Source of the DNA: Bugula neritina
Lineage: Eukaryota; Animalia; Bryozoa
Direction of reading: 5' to 3'
DNA: 64,000 nt
Assembly: GCA_964035545.1 (NCBI GenBank)
Contig: OZ037769.1
Span: 14,786,633 to 14,850,632, forward strand
The notes under the pieces were generated by a model, which was not told the DNA's origin, made no database searches, and saw nothing but the letters and a program-made list of their open reading frames with translations. Made by a program: the position numbers and the translations under genes. Positions 1 to 11,177 of this stretch are shown one piece after another (the stretch's first letter is position 1; each line of letters begins with the position of its first letter).

Positions 1-3000
1 AAGCTGTGAGTATGAACGAATCGAAATGGAGAGCCACTGAATTAGCCAATGAGACTGAGAATGGGGTGGGTTTAAATACTTGAAAGTTATTCAGCATTTT
101 ACCTTTCATTTCCTTACAATAGAGGGGTTTCAAACATCCCTCTAGAGGAATTTGTATTTTAAAGTTGTCTCCCCCTACAGGTATTGGGGGCAGTCTCCAT
201 AATATATAGAAGGCCCATAAAATAAGTAGAAATGTAAGGTTTGAGTGAAGACTACTACTAGTATAAGTTTCATTTTTTCTGAGATTAATATTTTGGCAAA
301 AGTACACATATGAGCAGTTTCAAAAAAATTTTAAAAAATTTTGTTAATGATAAATGGCACAAAAACAAAACTTCAAAGCATATTTGTGGTTTTGGTTATT
401 GAGCAAATCTGAAGCTGGCAGCTGTCATTATTATTTGCTTTGCTGACTGTAACCAGTCTGTTTAGAGCTGCTAACCTTTCAACTCTTAGAACAATAATAA
501 CATGCTCGTAGACTATATAGCTGCTAAACACTGTATAACTATATATATGTTTTAAAAGCATTTGTTTACATGGCATGCCTGCAAGTCAATGAATATATTT
601 AGAGAACAGTAAAAAGAAGCATATAAATTTCAGAATAGTTTCTTTTTTTCTGAGATAAATATTTTGGAAATGTCCCACAATTCAACATTTAAATAAAGTC
701 GGTAAAAGAATTGTTCACAGTGTATTCTTGCAAGCTGGTTTGCGTTTGTTCTGGCATGCCATTTTACAGTGGTCTAGTTAACTAGGTCAAAGTTCATTGA
801 GGTGGAATTGTTTTATTAACCTCGTGTGTTGATAAAATACTATCATTGGATAAGCAACTTCACAGTCTGATTAAATATCTGCGATACCTGCCTAGTAGAC
901 GATCCAAACTTAAAAAAATAATATACTAAATCCTTGTATTACATGTATGGATAAAAAATAATGCAACAAATTGGCTAAAGCATGTTCAAGTAATGTGAAA
1001 AACTCGAAATATAAATGAGTCAAACTAGAGCTAGTCAAGTGTGTGGTGTTTTTGGCCGATTTATATGTGCTGTTTAATCAGCTTGTTATGTAGTGATGTA
1101 ATCCTATATAATGTAATTTAAGTTAGACAGCTAAAGTTGGACAGTTCTCATCGTGCACTTTCTTGAACAAGCAGTTATGTAATATAGAAAGACAGCTACT
1201 CAACAGAGAGCTTCAAGCAAACAAAATTCTTGCAACGAGGTTGATTGAATACAAAACAGCTGCTGTTATTCTTATAGCAGCATGCATTGTATAAGAGATA
1301 GCTTGATGGTTCACATAGTTTACATCAATGAACTCAATAATTATTAAGCTATTCCAGCTCAGTGGTTTACATACAGTGACATACCACTGAAAATTATTAG
1401 AAACCACAGAAAAGATATAAAGGAGAGAATGCTGGCACAAAGGAAGTATAGCAATGTGGTCAAATATATGGCTGAAAACTGACTTAGAGATAAATAAGTA
1501 CAAAATGGACATAATATAGCTAAATCAGCAAAGCCAAATGATTTGATATAAAAAGTATTATCTGGGAATTTAGTGAAACTTTGTAGCATTATTTAAAACT
1601 CCACCTTTGAGCAAGACCCGTATGGAGTAAAGCCAATCTTAAATTCATTAGTGTCATAAGAATGCAGTCATTATGACATAGTTCGTTCTTTCTATACTTT
1701 ACAGCTGGTACTAAATGTACATTTCAACTCTTTTTTGGAAACAAGCCAAGTTGCTTTGGCTGAAAAGTGCTTTTTTGATGATTTTTTTTCTGCAATGCAG
1801 CAGTATATAATTTACAATGCTCCAAAAACATTTCTGTATTAGGAATGTTGGTATACCAACAGCTTGCAAGAATAATTATTTATTGAAAATACACTGTGAA
1901 ATTTTTTTACAGACTTAATTTAAACGTTGAATTGTGGGACATTTCCAAAATATTTATCTCAGAAAAAAAGAAACTATTCTGAAATTTATATGCTTCTTTT
2001 TACTGTTCTCTAAATATTTTCATTGACTTGCAGGCATGCCATGTAAACAAATGCTTTTAAAACATATATATAGTTATACAGTGTTTAGCATTTTTAGATA
2101 AGATGTTGTTTGAGATTACAAATTTAATCTATCTATTTTAATACATATCTTTATATTTATAATAATTTTTTTGATATATAGAAATATTAGATAGTAGGGT
2201 GGCTTAGTTATTTTCATAGTATAGGTGTGTAAGTACGTGAACATGTTAATACAAATGAGCCAGTGCCTTCATAAACGTACAGGCATGTGTTCCAACCCAT
2301 AATTTGGAGCATTTGGAGTTCAGTAAGACAGAGCCCACTAGTGCAGCTATATAGTCTACGAGCATGTTATTATTGTTCTAAGAGTTGAAAGGTTAGCAGC
2401 TCTAAACAGACTGGTTACAGTCAGCAAAGCAAATAATAATCACCGGCTTTCCATGTACCGATCTCAGATCGATCTCGCTGAGATCGATCTGAGAAATGTG
2501 CTGATCAGATCGATCGTTTTTCCATGAGAGTGTCAGATCGATCTAGCGGAGTTGCCTCCTCTTAAGTGAAGAGTACTTTAATATTATATTTTTTAACCCA
2601 CCTGGGTGATTCAAGCTAATGCTTTTGAAAAAACAAAATTTCCATAGTCTAAAATTCAGTGCCAGCTATAAACTCTACGCAGTAAAGCTTTTAGTAAGAA
2701 GCAATTTAGCCAACTTAAGATAATTCATTTTAATATTTTAGTTTGACAGCTTATATAAAATTAATAGCTGTTGTGCAGATTATTCATAAACTTACAGGAC
2801 TATTGGGCTTAAAAATAAGCAGCAAATAACTAATGAAAGTAAGTTTTACTAGCCATTTAAATTCAATTTAAATGCTCCTACTTTTTCCACCTTCTACCGT
2901 CTATAATTTTATATAATTGAGTTTGTTTAATCATAGTACTGAAAGTCAAAGTTTTGGCATCTGAAAATGTGGCTATAGTAATTATTAAGCAATTTGCTTA

Positions 3001-6000
3001 GTAATTACCAATAAATTATCATTTTTATTAGCGGCGACATTTTAGCGAACGTCTTTTTCTATTTCTCAGATCGAACTTTCGTCTTTCCATGACCTTATTG
3101 CCTTGAGATCGATCTGAGTTCGAGCTCTACAGACCGACCAGCTCAGAACGACTGAGATCGATCTTTAGCGTCTTTCCATGGATCGATCTCAGCGAGATCG
3201 ATCTGAGATCGGTACATGGAAAGCCGGTGAATGACAGCTGCCAGCTTCAGATTTGCTCAATAACCAAAACCACAAATATGCTTTGAAGTTTTGTTTTTGT
3301 GCCATTTATCATTAACAAAATTTTTTAAAAATTTTTTGAAACTGCTCATATGTGTACTTTTGCCAAAATATTAATCTCAGAAAAAATGAAACTTATACTA
3401 GTAGTAGTCTTCACTCAAACCTTACATTTCTACTTATTTTATGGGCCTTCTATATATTATGGAGACTGCCCCCAATACCTGTAGGGGGAGACAACTTTAA
3501 AATACAAATTCCTCTACAGGGATGTTTGAAACCCCTCTATTAATGCAAAAATCTATATAGTATATTAAGTAGATATATGCAATGTTGATGTAGAAGTTTA
3601 CTGGGTTGTTTATTTGTATGATTTTATTTTCCGCTTTTGCGTTGCACTTTTTTTATGAAATGATTTGATAACATAAATAAAAATACTGGAAGATTTAATA
3701 AAAACTATTAAAATGCAATTGAATTATTGTTTTCTTACAGAACAAATTAATATTTTAGCAATTAACACACGTGTTTAAAGTTTAAGCAACTAGAATGTCT
3801 AGTTTTATCAATATTCACACACCATATGTTTCTGTAGGATTCTTACCAGCACGTTCAAAATGTGTTGACAAGGAGTCTGGGTGAGCGACTCTCACATAAT
3901 AGAGCTAAGCTAAGCAATGGAACTGAAGCTAATGGCTATCATCACACTTTAGACAGGGACCTGGGCCAGCAAGTCGGGGGTGGAGATGAGAGACCCTCAC
4001 TGCAGAGAAACGATTCCGTGCTCACTGAGGAGGCTGTGAGTTGATCTGATTATCTCCCAATACCATGCTCTTGCAGTTCAATAATGCTTATTTTCACTTT
4101 TATCTTATGTACAAAGGACCAGACACCATCCAGTCTAGACTAGTGGTTTTATGTTGAAAAATTGCTCTTAAAGTGTATCATTATTAATTAAAAGTATCAA
4201 AATTAATTCAAATCAGCATGGTAAAACTTTTGTTGATGTCAGTCGAAGTGAGAAAGTTTAATTTTCTTCTAGTCCTTGTGGCTAGTTCCACTAAAATATA
4301 TTTGAGCTCTGAGCAGCCTGCAGCTATGTGAAGATACTCAAAACAGCCGATTTTGCATTTAGCCATGTACCTTAAAAGTTTGGAGTTGTCTATCTCCTAA
4401 GATCATCGTATTTTCTTTGATGAGAGGATAACTCCCGCTCTTGCTCGATTCGCTATATAAGAACTGTTCACACATTGTGATCCTGTTAACTCGCTAACTT
4501 TATAGTATTCATCTAAATTTTTATGTTTAGTGGATTGAGTTATTTATAAGTTTATTTATTAAGTTCTGATTTCTCGTCATCGCAATTGATTTCAAAATAT
4601 TGGTTCCAGTTGATTTCATTTCTCTAATCGTTGGTTTCTCACCTCGGTCTCTGTTTGCCAGGTAAGGGGACATACTCTCCTCAGTTCTCTCTCCTCCAAG
4701 GATGCAGAAGACTTTGACAACTACTTGACAGAAGTCCAACTGAATGCAGATGTACCTCAGGAGGCTGGCCTTACTAACAGGTAGGTGTGAATATCTGTAT
4801 AGGTGTGTATGTGTCAGGTAGGTGTGAGTTCTTTACCTGTATGTGAATATAAGATAGGTGCATTGGAGTACAGTTTATTGGTGTAGACTTCCCATGATAC
4901 TTGTATTATAGTTGTACTGTCACCATCAAGCAGATTACACTAGCTCTTATATGGTATAAAAATATTAGAGTAGATATAATAGGTTCAAGCAAGCTGTAGT
5001 ATTGTATACTCACTATGTGTAGTGTTAGAACTACACTTGAAGTTAGATACTAGATGCTAGTATACACCTATTGCCGTTACTAAAATAACTGTAAATATTG
5101 TTCTGTTGCAGCCATTTACTGGTGTGTCTCACAATATTATAGTGTTTACTCATATTTCAACAGCAACTTTGTGGTAGCACAGATATTCGACTGTAAATAT
5201 GTGTGATTTTAAGTTTAGTGTCTTCAAAAGTTTGACTTCTTGTCTATTGACTGCAACATCCTTCTTTCATAACTCTTTTTATAATTCCATGAAGATCCTG
5301 ACGGTCAATCTAGTTATTGTTTAAAGAATGAAAGAATGCGTTTTAGTTAAGCTTTGCTGTTATATTCCTCATGTCAATGTAGATTCCCAGATGTATGTAT
5401 GTATGGTTTCTTTACCATATCTGCTTTTAGCTGATGTTTTCACATCAGTTGCTTCCAACTCTTTCAGGGACGAATACATAGATGATGTGGTAAACGGATC
5501 AAGTCCACTCGTATACGGTGACCTACATCCACCAACCAATAGGAATAAAAAGCAACTCACCAATGGCCATCAGTCTCCTATATTCAATGGACACGCGGAC
5601 CGCCAGGTGAACGGAAGTGACCTCAATTCAGATGAGTACATCAAAAGACCTAAGAAACCGTCCAACAACTACCACCAGTAAGTGTTGGAAATAAGAAAAA
5701 AAAATATTCGTAGAGCTAAATCAGCCACTAGTTCAACTAGTGAATCTACACCCGATTCATCTATCCATGGAAAGTTAGATCAGATCTTAGCAAGACTAAA
5801 TGACTTTGATAGTAGGTTGAAGAAAGTAGAAATTGAACAGGCTGAAGTAATTAAAACCTGCAAATTTTTGAGCAAAGAATTTGATGATATCAAGTTACTA
5901 AGAAATGAAATGAAGTGTTTCCTAAAAGATTTTCCAGATGTGAAAGACCGTGTGGATCAACTAGAATTCCAAGATCGTAAAAAACAGTTGACATTAAATG

Positions 6001-9000
6001 GAATACCACAAAAATCTGGAGAGAACTTACTACATGCCATGAAAGTTATGAGTGAAAAACTAAAATGCGAACTTCAACCCTACCATGACATAGACTCAAT
6101 TTTTAGAGTCAAGACATCTGACAAAGTTATAATTAAATTTATTCACGCTCATAAACGTGACAAGTTCTTTGGATCATTTAGAAAAAACCCTCTAAATGCA
6201 ACAGACTTAGGTTTTAAAGACAACTCTAAGCTCTACATAAATGAAGTGCTGAGCAAACCTCAAGCTGCTCTTTTTCATGAGACTCGCATGTTCAAAAAAG
6301 AACATAAATACCGTTTTGCATGGACATCAAACCAAAGAATCTTCCTAAGGAAAGACAGTGATAGTAATGCAATACAGATCAATTCGACAGATGATTTAGA
6401 TGACCTCGCTTAAACACATGATTACTCCATATCCTCTGATTTTTAATTTCTGTAACTATATTTTTTTTTCAAATTCATGGAAGCACACCTAAACTGTGAT
6501 CAATACACGCCAGAACAGTTTAGAAATAATATAAAAAATAATTCCAATTCTCTTACTATTTTGAATGTTAATGTACAAAGCCTTCGTAAAAATTTTGATT
6601 CCCTAGAAACATTTATGTTTAGTGTTCCTAAACCTTTTGATGTTGTTTGTATTACTGAAAGTTTTCTTTATGATAATGAAGTACATAATTTTCCCATAAA
6701 TGATTATGTTTTTATAGGTAAGCAGAGACAGAGTAAAGGAGGTGGTGTCGGGGCCTATGTGCGCAGTAGTGCTGTGGCTGAAGTCAAGGAAAGTCGAGCA
6801 CTTTTTGCAGGCAGTGAATCTTTACATTTGGAGCTAAAGGGTGGTCTCTTTGGGTGCTTTAGGAGTGGTCTTCACCTCACAATCATTTACAGGCAACCAT
6901 CGGCGGACATTGGAGCTTTTCTCTCTGACCTGGAGCAGTACATCAGTTCTTCTAATTTTCCACATCATGTCATACTAGGTGATATCAATATCGACACTCT
7001 TAAATCCGATCCTGTGAGTACATCTTACCTCAACATCCTATCCTGCTCTCATTTTATAAATTCAATTCAGATTCCTACACGATACAATTCTTGCTTAGAT
7101 CATATAAATGTTAATTTTTATGATAAATTCTTAACATCTGGAACAATAACAACAAGCATAGCAGATCACTTGCCTACTTTTATCAAAATAGAAAATTTAA
7201 CTAACTATTTTAATATAACTAAATCTACAAACATTAGAAATTATAAGAAAATAAATGAAGAACTATTTTTGAAAGATCTTTCTAAAGTAGACTGGAACTC
7301 CGAAGTATATGCCAAGAAAGATGTGAATTCTAGGTATGACAGTTTCTTTAAAATATTTATGGATTTATGCAATAAACATGCTCCATTAGTAAAATTCTCA
7401 ACAAATTGGCCACGCAAACTTAAAACAAATAAAAGACCCTGGATTAGTGTTGAATTAATTAAGCTGATGAACAAAAGGGATTATGTTTATAGACAATCCT
7501 TAAATTCCCCTCTAAACTTGAAACTTAAATTTAAACATAAAACTCTAAAAAATTTAGTTACGAAGAATTTGCGTAGATCCAAGACTTTATATTTTGAATC
7601 TTTTTTTGAAAATACTTCAGATTCTAGTAAATGTTGGAAAGTCATAAACGAACATCTAGGAAAAAATCGATCAAAGAGATTAAATGCTCCTAAAAGTTTA
7701 ACATCTGAAAATATTACACTAACTGAAAATAAGGACATAGCAAACAGTTTTAATAAATACTTTACTTCCATAGGAACAACGTTATCAAAGAAATTCACTG
7801 ACGACAATTTTGATTTTACAGCTCAGAAGTCAGATAAAAAACTTGATGAACAGTTTAGCTTTACAAATATTGAAAGCACAGTCATTGAAAGCTTACTTAA
7901 AGATGTAAACCCAGCCAAAGCTGCAGGATTAGATTTAGCTCCCACCAACCTAATAAAAATATCTGCATCTCATCTTTCAAAGCCTTTAGCTTACATTATA
8001 AACACAATTATCAATGATGGCGCTTTTCCAAATGAACTAAAAAAAGCTAAAGTTGTTCCTCTACACAAAAAAGGCATAGCTACTGATGTAAGTAATTACC
8101 GCCCAATTTCTATACTACCTGTTTTCAGTAAGATAGCTGAAAAGATTTTAAATAAGCAAATAGTAGATTTTCTAGAAAGCAAAAATTATTTAACTGATAA
8201 GCAGTACGGCTTTAGACGAAATAGAAACACAAATATTGCCTTAATTAATCTAACAAATAAGGTTTTAAATGCCATGAACAATGGTAATTCTGTAGCTGGA
8301 ATTTTCCTCGATTTTAGTAAGGCCTTTGACACAATAAATCATGAAATCTTATTAGCTAAATTAAAAATGCTCCACTTTTCAAGTCACAGTGTGAAGCTAA
8401 TTAAAAATTATCTGTCCAATCGTCAACAGTCTACTATTATTAACAACACATATTCTGACTTTATTCATATCACATGTGGAGTACCACAAGGATCCATACT
8501 TGGTCCCACACTATTCCTAATTTATATAAATGATCTTCCAGATGTAACTATGCATTTAGACCCTATATTATTTGCCGATGATACGAACCTCTTCTTTGAA
8601 TCAAAAAATCTATTAAACAATATGGACGTCATAAACTGTGAATTAAAGAAAATTGAAAATTGGTGCAATAAAAATAAATTAACTGTAAATATGAGTAAAA
8701 CAAACTATATGATAATCAAAACAGCGCAAAATAAACAAGATTTAAATGGCTTTGCCTTAGAAATGTTTAACAAAAAATTAGTGGAAGTAAAATCAACTAC
8801 CTTCTTAGGTATTATAATAGATTCACATCTTTCTTGGCAACAACATTGCAGCAAACTTTGTCAAAACCTAAGGCCCTTAGTAGGCTTGATAAGTAAATGT
8901 TCCAATCACCTACCTAGAAAAATTCTAATACAAATATATAACTCTTTTGTAAATTCTAAATTAACATATTGCCTAGAATCGTGGGGTAATGCAGCAAACA

Positions 9001-11177
9001 TTTATCTTGAACCACTACATTTACTGCAAAAGAAAATACTGAGAATTATATATAAAAAGCATCACCTTTCCCCATCTAAACCACTGTTTCTTAGTTCTTC
9101 AATCATGCCTATTCACACTCTACACAAATTCAAATTAATACTGCTCTCACATAAACTTTACTATTCTCAACTAACACATCTCACACATAACTATCCCACA
9201 AGATTTTCAGAGTTCAGCCTACAAACTCCTCCATCATCAACTGCTGCAGGTCAACGAAGAGTGGAATTCCAATGTTCGTCGCTATGGAATAAATTGCCTA
9301 GTTCTATTCGTGCTGTGGAGAGGGAGGCTGGTTTCAAACTTGCCCTGAGAGACCATCTAATGGCAAATTTCCAGATAAAAAAATAATACTTTTTTAAGTT
9401 GCTAAAACTTCCAAAAACCTAAACAAAAATCTTATATAACTGTCAACCATTCATGGCTCGGTGCCCCGACTAGCTACAGTGCTATTGCGCCATAGGCCCT
9501 GTCATTTTGTTTATTTTTTTCTCAATTAATTTTTTCCCGACTATGACAAAATAAAAAAACAAACAAACAAACAAATATAAGCATACCATTTTAAAAACTT
9601 GCAATTTTTGCTATTCCTTTTTGATATCTCTTTAACTTTCTGGCGAGTCTTTGGTTTACTTTATCAAGCATTTGAACTATTGAAGTATGAGTCAGTGTGA
9701 GTTTATGAATCACTGCGATTAGATGAGTCACCGTTAGTTTATGAGTCATAGTGAGTATATGAGTCATTATAGGTTTGAGTCATTGTGCCTTTTCTTACCT
9801 ATACCTAGATAACTTCAGCTAGCCAGGCACTGTTAGTACTTTGGGTGAAACCTACCACCTTTTCATATTAGAATTAATTGTATATGTGCATTCGAGGGTG
9901 CAATTTGTTTACAAGTTAGGTTTATATGCTTGCTATAATATTTAAAGGCAAATTGCTAGTGCATGCTATAATGTATATGTTTTATATTATAGCAGAAGCA
10001 AGTCTAAGTCTGACAATGTGGAGGATGACAGAGTAAAGGAAATGAAATTAGCATTAGAAAGAAGGAGGAAAGAGGTACAAAAATTACACGAGCATTGTAT
10101 AATATGTGTGTACAGCAGGAGTTTTAGTCATATCAGTTCATTTTCCGACGGCATGAAGCCACAACCTTCTCTATTCTTGTAATTAATACATTTTATTGGA
10201 GCCGTGGTCTAGGGGTTAAAGCTCTGGCCTAGCAAACACCAGCTCATGGGTTTGAACCCCAACAAAGACCGTTGGTGATGTTAGGAAGGGCATCTAGTCA
10301 TAATTGCTCCTGTGCCTCATTTAAATAAGTCCTTAGCCTGATTTAACAAACCCCTTTCCATCAGGAGTTCTCACCGGGATGGTGACTATAAATTTGAATG
10401 TGTTTTTTGTTTATACACTTCATTATATGGTATATTACTTTGTCGTTTGTTACTTTTACGACTTTGTTTGACCTGAGGGGTTATAAACAGCCGCTGACTC
10501 AACGCTCACTGATGCTGCTGTTTACTTTAGCTGACTGACAAACTGAAAGCTACTGCCAGACAAACTCAAGAGCTTCGAGCAGCAAGACTGGAGAGTGAGA
10601 AGCGAGAACGAGATCGGCAGCAAAGAAGGTCTAGTCGCAGGTAGATATCGTCTGTATAACCTGCGTGTTGTGGAATCTTCTAAATGGCTAGCAGTAGGAG
10701 TTGTACTTTGTATTCACTGATATATAGGATGCTAAAGGATTGTGAAAATAATAAAAGAAAAGGAAAAGAAAAGAGTTCCAAGGAGAAAGGCAGATTGACT
10801 GAACAGGTTAGTATGTGATGGGTATAGTGATTAGATATCTAGTGAATATGTTGATATATTTGGTAATGATATAACCAAATAATATACCGTTAGCTTTACT
10901 GTAGTTTCTTCTATACTTGCCATGGTTTCTAAGCGCATTTACTCTGTGTCTGCCTTATTTCACATTGCTGTGCAGCTTATACTGCATTCTATAGGTACGA
11001 ACTGTAAAGTCTATGCAGACACCTACCAACAAAACCCGGTCTCCGCATGAAAGAGATACGTTTGACAAGAAGGTACTAAAAGCTGAGCTCAACAACTGGG
11101 TTACTACAGGTCAAAGGTCACAGCGGGCTCGATCTCGCTCAGCCAATAGAAATCAGTCTCAGTTCACATTAGCTTAG
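1..11177 (+). CDS. 3' part of an unidentified multi-exon gene; charged/disordered C-terminus with a short coiled coil, ends ...NQSQFTLA*
   Basis: Phase-compatible GT-AG exons chain without stops: <1-65, 3838-4035, 4662-4780, 5468-5677, 9993-10074, 10531-10640, 10728-10806, 10995-11177 (TAG 11175-11177). AATAAA at 11764. No recognisable domain. Confidence 0.8.
118..3541. mobile_element. Non-autonomous long-TIR (foldback-like) DNA transposon in an intron
   Basis: 118-~737 is the reverse complement of ~1860-3541 once two right-arm-only segments are removed (2091-2345, 2441-3232). Outer parts are almost identical (AGAGGGGTTTCAAACATCCC.../...GGGATGTTTGAAACCCCTCT). The spacer has no credible ORF. 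TSD ambiguous (2-bp TA or AT possible). Confidence 0.8.
2441..3229. mobile_element. 789-bp MITE with 49-bp perfect TIRs, CAC...GTG ends and 3-bp AAT TSD (CMC/EnSpm/Chapaev-like by termini)
   Basis: TIR CACCGGCTTTCCATGTACCGATCTCAGATCGATCTCGCTGAGATCGATC at 2441-2489, with its reverse complement at 3181-3229. The empty site is visible in the opposite arm (around 421-445). Many subterminal AGATCGATCT and TTTCCATG motifs. Confidence 0.9.
5697..6413 (+). CDS. LINE ORF1 (coiled coil + L1-type RRM/FP25K-like C-terminal domain), N-terminally truncated
   Basis: Coiled-coil segment, LTLNGIPQKSGENL motif, and C-terminal LYINEVLS...YRFAWTSNQRIFLRKD...INSTDDL motif typical of CR1-group ORF1. No ATG at the 5' end. 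Confidence 0.8.
   Translation, partial: KKNIRRAKSATSSTSESTPDSSIHGKLDQILARLNDFDSRLKKVEIEQAEVIKTCKFLSKEFDDIKLLRNEMKCFLKDFPDVKDRVDQLEFQDRKKQLTLNGIPQKSGENLLHAMKVMSEKLKCELQPYHDIDSIFRVKTSDKVIIKFIHAHKRDKFFGSFRKNPLNATDLGFKDNSKLYINEVLSKPQAALFHETRMFKKEHKYRFAWTSNQRIFLRKDSDSNAIQINSTDDLDDLA
6477..9386 (+). CDS. LINE ORF2: APE endonuclease + reverse transcriptase, 969 aa, uninterrupted
   Basis: APE motifs NVQS, ITES, GGGV, GDINID, DHI, ADH. RT motifs YRPISIL, QYGFR, FLDFSKAFDT, GVPQGSILGPTLF, FADD, FLG. Confidence 0.96.
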   Translation: MEAHLNCDQYTPEQFRNNIKNNSNSLTILNVNVQSLRKNFDSLETFMFSVPKPFDVVCITESFLYDNEVHNFPINDYVFIGKQRQSKGGGVGAYVRSSAVAEVKESRALFAGSESLHLELKGGLFGCFRSGLHLTIIYRQPSADIGAFLSDLEQYISSSNFPHHVILGDINIDTLKSDPVSTSYLNILSCSHFINSIQIPTRYNSCLDHINVNFYDKFLTSGTITTSIADHLPTFIKIENLTNYFNITKSTNIRNYKKINEELFLKDLSKVDWNSEVYAKKDVNSRYDSFFKIFMDLCNKHAPLVKFSTNWPRKLKTNKRPWISVELIKLMNKRDYVYRQSLNSPLNLKLKFKHKTLKNLVTKNLRRSKTLYFESFFENTSDSSKCWKVINEHLGKNRSKRLNAPKSLTSENITLTENKDIANSFNKYFTSIGTTLSKKFTDDNFDFTAQKSDKKLDEQFSFTNIESTVIESLLKDVNPAKAAGLDLAPTNLIKISASHLSKPLAYIINTIINDGAFPNELKKAKVVPLHKKGIATDVSNYRPISILPVFSKIAEKILNKQIVDFLESKNYLTDKQYGFRRNRNTNIALINLTNKVLNAMNNGNSVAGIFLDFSKAFDTINHEILLAKLKMLHFSSHSVKLIKNYLSNRQQSTIINNTYSDFIHITCGVPQGSILGPTLFLIYINDLPDVTMHLDPILFADDTNLFFESKNLLNNMDVINCELKKIENWCNKNKLTVNMSKTNYMIIKTAQNKQDLNGFALEMFNKKLVEVKSTTFLGIIIDSHLSWQQHCSKLCQNLRPLVGLISKCSNHLPRKILIQIYNSFVNSKLTYCLESWGNAANIYLEPLHLLQKKILRIIYKKHHLSPSKPLFLSSSIMPIHTLHKFKLILLSHKLYYSQLTHLTHNYPTRFSEFSLQTPPSSTAAGQRRVEFQCSSLWNKLPSSIRAVEREAGFKLALRDHLMANFQIKK
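9688..9782. repeat. Degenerate ~18-bp tandem repeat, each unit with TGAGTCA
   Basis: TGAGTCA at 9688, 9725, 9742, 9760 and 9776, plus TGAATCA at ~9706. Confidence 0.7.
10198..10395 (+). mobile_element. tRNA-derived SINE, copy 1
   Basis: A-box-like TGGTCTAGGGG and B-box-like GGTTTGAACCC. Colinear over ~200 bp with the reverse complement of 48036-48258. Confidence 0.85.

Larger units (their letters stand above)
5696..9576 (+). mobile_element. 5'-truncated non-LTR retrotransposon (CR1/L2 group LINE) in an intron, sense orientation
   Basis: ORF1 remnant plus intact ORF2, short 3'UTR, AATAAA at 9550 and (CAAA)n tail. Candidate 5-bp TSD ATAAG at 5691-5695 and 9577-9581. Confidence 0.93.

Noticed and set aside
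2091-2342. Helitron, suggested by the CTAGT end
   Set aside because: No 5' TC, no subterminal hairpin, and the empty site does not fit A|T insertion.
5328-5681. ORF 5328-5681 as the N-terminus of LINE ORF1 with a nonsense mutation
   Set aside because: Better explained as host exon 5468-5677 (TTTCAG acceptor, GTAAGT donor, phase 2-2 fitting both neighbours).
10198-10270. tRNA gene
   Set aside because: No proper cloverleaf; it continues into a body shared with a second dispersed copy, so it is a SINE head.
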